This document shows, one piece after another, positions 62,801-64,000 of a DNA stretch of 64,000 bases. Each line of letters begins with the position of its first letter. Position 1 is the first letter of the stretch. The stretch comes from Barthelona sp. PCE (lineage: Eukaryota). Under the pieces are notes generated by a model. The model did not search any database. It saw only the letters and a program-made list of their open reading frames with translations, and was not told the DNA's origin. The stretch covers positions 434,001 through 498,000 of the forward strand of contig JAUFOR010000004.1 of the NCBI GenBank assembly GCA_040285745.1, read 5' to 3'. Made by a program: the position numbers and the translations under genes.

Positions 62801-64000
62801 GGAGGCTGGTTGTAGTTGATTGGGTAATGCAATGTTAAATAATAAGGGAGCTTTGCTCTCAATTGGAAAGATGTGTAACTCTTAAAGTCAATTTCTCTTG
62901 CCAGATCAGGAAGAATACTCTTTGTCACTGGACCTGAGAACCCTTCGGTTGAACCATACAGTAGCAATTTCTGAGATGGTGTTCCCTCTCGCAAAAGAGG
63001 TGCAAACAATATCATTGCATCTATGAACTCCTCTTTCACAACATTAGTATCGTTCAAAATGATAAACGCCATGCTCGTTGTCGATAGTGGAATCCTGGGT
63101 ACCGTACGAGTTTCTGAAATGTCAATGTACCTTGGCTTAATCACGTTAACTGTTGCAATAATCCTAGTATCCCAATTCTCGATTGTGTTCACACTCACAT
63201 GTCCATCACCACTAATAATTTGAAGATATGATTTCTTGAGCCGCAGTAAAAACATTTTTTTGCAATTATCCTTACTGCTAAATAAACGACGAGGTATTAC
63301 AACGGTTGTCATATTAACAAAGTTTTGTAATGTACCCACAGTTGTTTCCGTTTCAAAGTTTACCTCCTGTAATATAAAGTAAACACTCTTTAACCAACTC
63401 GTTTCAGGTGAAGAAAAATGTATATCAACTGCTTCAGCATCATCATTGATTCCACATAAATCTATTTCGACACGAGATGCACAATCCAACGAAACTTTGA
63501 CAAGTTCAAAGTATTCAGTCTGATCATCATGAACAACTATGCTATCCTTCGGTCGCTCAAGCAATGAATATTCCAATTGCAGTGTTAGATTCTCAGTTAT
63601 CAACTCATCTGTTAAAGGTGCCAGTTTGACAATTAGCATACCGTAGTTTTTGAGCTGTGATCCTGACATTGAACGATATACATAAGTTTCGTCATTTGCT
63701 GGGGTTACCTGAAGAAAACTGTGTATTTCAACACTATCTGGACTAAGCAAAATAGAAGGATCAAAAGTATCATAATTAGTAAACAGTAGTGATACGGTAC
63801 ACACTGATTTAATCGTAGAAACACCATCTGTTTTCAATTTCAAACTCCATTGAATGAAATGTTCTTTAGAATCAACGATAGAATCTATCCGACGAATAAA
63901 CATACCATCATCATCACAAAAACCTTCTTTACCGCATGATAAATTAATTACTTCAGATCCTTTTCTATTTTTAAGTGATATGACAATAGCATAATCAAAA
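56869..64000 (-). CDS. Very large single-pass (type I-like) membrane protein, 5'-truncated by the window edge (>2370 aa)
   Basis: The frame stays open to the window end. Beta-rich region, Cys cluster, C-terminal TM (VYIITTLLLCTVITLGVFHFL) and a KKRK stop-transfer. Confidence 0.85.
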   Translation of the reverse strand, partial: FDYAIVISLKNRKGSEVINLSCGKEGFCDDDGMFIRRIDSIVDSKEHFIQWSLKLKTDGVSTIKSVCTVSLLFTNYDTFDPSILLSPDSVEIHSFLQVTPANDETYVYRSMSGSQLKNYGMLIVKLAPLTDELITENLTLQLEYSLLERPKDSIVVHDDQTEYFELVKVSLDCASRVEIDLCGINDDAEAVDIHFSSPETSWLKSVYFILQEVNFETETTVGTLQNFVNMTTVVIPRRLFSSKDNCKKMFLLRLKKSYLQIISGDGHVSVNTIENWDTRIIATVNVIKPRYIDISETRTVPRIPLSTTSMAFIILNDTNVVKEEFIDAMILFAPLLREGTPSQKLLLYGSTEGFSGPVTKSILPDLAREIDFKSYTSFQLRAKLPYYLTLHYPINYNQPPQEDSFSNLQYTVKYPITLGQVLGMYSSQVSFYMMILLPQIEFNDITVNLSVATSLPTKNNPVSHVDLQPRVKTVTFNTPEMGELSQIRPHPLRFKIRYDVPPIHPEIRLWGSRDSKPLFISTDTNLQWSRFDNSTLLFDVASSSFEPKEHYAISLDAKWSYGTVSITISIVEFLDVSSTSRFSVDMLPYYLRVHYSTFLQIETYVISVEYECKNDGQPLLVSLATSRVYVPNVRVNRLNLMRVACNTSEPITHRFAFVLQDEESNFFYLAFLPSNPSNVTVRFQDSSLFPLTDLAKLSVPSKLTVFQLKDFPRFNGSSFATVPLCISDTSEHWSLVVVLELKNCGIVDQVSEMKLFHTRGGSLDMSDAKWSFTHSTATYDIFPVQNVQNWIYLVRFSVSDEFFEKCSFNAALSSSSFVIEEKSGLGISGIANPDKYTSVVIQTFDTAFNINDVLTTVQYFSNIEDSLPLISFARRAENSLENVSSPHLLLLVTSSQTTMQVPFILKFFGGFEIGQPVTGCSSRLMYMEKIVKVLQSDDIDNVVQISYVSNKILHFEFEFNHAVTSMEIKSNIAFSISTPSQLKHTNGIPNLSLFVCDEPNTLCIFEIGPVLQKMQDGAFLSELVIVHMPTRHQVDHQFQIEVTVTCRSGNVVFTEYNGGGTLPVKYNKQQSFSVELTVSNNHENVMTLNHGTPFFHFPNMMGNAFVHIFKVITVDGRKFVTLEKMNQISKRVLVPYFEKDVYVRREPVMCGFYLDSNAQDTQLSLFLFVSFDHDHDDHVASEFEFGFEVRRANRARLSVETESKYHIPYIMINEFSLSLDMSALHGPGLLCIELASSTTVVLKGLLFASSVNQNTEESTEMEMWERITVFPANERETHKLFITNTAVSLFLLFECPDNTTEYVELDTTIWFEKLDVVRVNNVGRIVSANAKHKLALGIMENLYFENDENVALLQNLFVSNNKISSECKVRVSTNGFLVNQEEHLHSLNIFEKKTGLKRMEILEVDLLNFQIENPLKISTFFSLFNEARFAFVSTYGDCDILARFKPVFTQRIDTNSGVNNIAVGDNFILVHTIMPVIPSTDGSVVLFQVSLKVNATLNTDKAKHSGNFIISPEKKTVQGLIQLYKSKMRIKTTDTYRCLPPINIQENRGVAGCLSLEAKCTLAQAHFSAKDLPPGSDVYILLFGWDESIVSVKVSLKEYFPTSLISSSFEIGEQKAFLLDSLVHDARNFAFRYLTLSPDFGEHAFNYDVSDGRPHAMVEYSKEDQIKKLNAFSFDHNNVVTLWCINEDEESQPVFVTFGQCEGSNNKCPITSSISIFNLAAKQVNIFHFYSMDILVGVRAVKLLKTAILPSDLSVLTVSNSKKSTTNTIKLEYTVDERYDLYMIFLDFNNMERSDDKIDDEDDEYHPFIFLSDSVIGHADINRCKRFNHFSSYIDNDGEGHITSTQRFYVLIKTEVLVRDKEPLLLNVGYLKTFSFRSVIIPMIKQKLAVGVSSHAFPVKMSTSQVGKERLSPTTTQLFYIDLDDVCNEYGCSFDITIVTYGLQLETTLIDDYADNFTIPDSEYKCYTDSSLTCTISYDSCSSLIARDQSEKEFMVVVMLNGSIYYNLVYNVTVDVNTISAPILLYDEQEFTMHIANGRLFLLMQQTAMIFVEDKLNYVESFTSLTATYEARHVNYVEHSGTDFCSVAVMQGQYYVFHMAIKSSKEYKIYVGSVDERFILYDDPAENAKGRYFDHAGYSFIRLETEGKPFRIKVDEHVDYLSIFVGQGSNEELVYRFNMDNRRTLFTMINDSYESFAGFMNQYQMIDVSNHILQSVDIFVVVRSNSPFKMWLVEKDVKEVVKGHFCFDYLPNSDIMYKEKDIVDLYAIVLSFMVHSRRCNWLSQNCKDMLKQYVCLFSKREFSVKVDASDIAVCPNIEVALRIISQGYNITGTLFPDVNKPVGGGYGVYIITTLLLCTVITLGVFHFLKKRKDSED

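Noticed and set aside
1-64000. tRNA, rRNA, snRNA, CRISPR arrays, transposases, prokaryotic operons
   Set aside because: None recognised by eye. Divergent small RNAs could be missed without covariance-model searches.

Overview
Very compact, AT-rich eukaryotic nuclear DNA with about 28 protein genes. The code is standard: TAA, TAG and TGA all act as stops. Orientations mostly alternate and intergenic gaps are tiny or negative. Only seven spliceosomal introns are evident. They share a GTATGW-type donor and a branch point fused to the 3' splice site (YTRAY-N4-AG), the same spacing as Giardia/Trichomonas ACTAACACACAG. Together with flagellar genes (enkurin, CFAP57), this suggests a flagellated metamonad-like protist (inference). 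Recognisable genes: UMP-CMP/adenylate kinase, calmodulin, enolase, ZIP4/TEX11-like, Hikeshi, Spp1, a Qc-SNARE, enkurin, BAG6-like, PCID2, transportin, CFAP57, low-MW thioredoxin reductase, Nup53, eIF3h and Nic96, plus lineage-specific ORFs. Most interesting: (1) a Nup58/Nup49-like protein whose FG domains appear replaced by Lys-rich LG/FSLG repeats, in a window rich in nuclear-transport genes; (2) a long, structured GT-AT first intron and a 10-nt microexon in calmodulin; (3) a ~3700-aa dynein-heavy-chain-like protein without P-loops and with a probable frameshifted tail; (4) an orphan internal MSH5 fragment; (5) bacterial-like signatures in enolase and TrxR. All family calls come from motif recognition by eye and need HMM confirmation.
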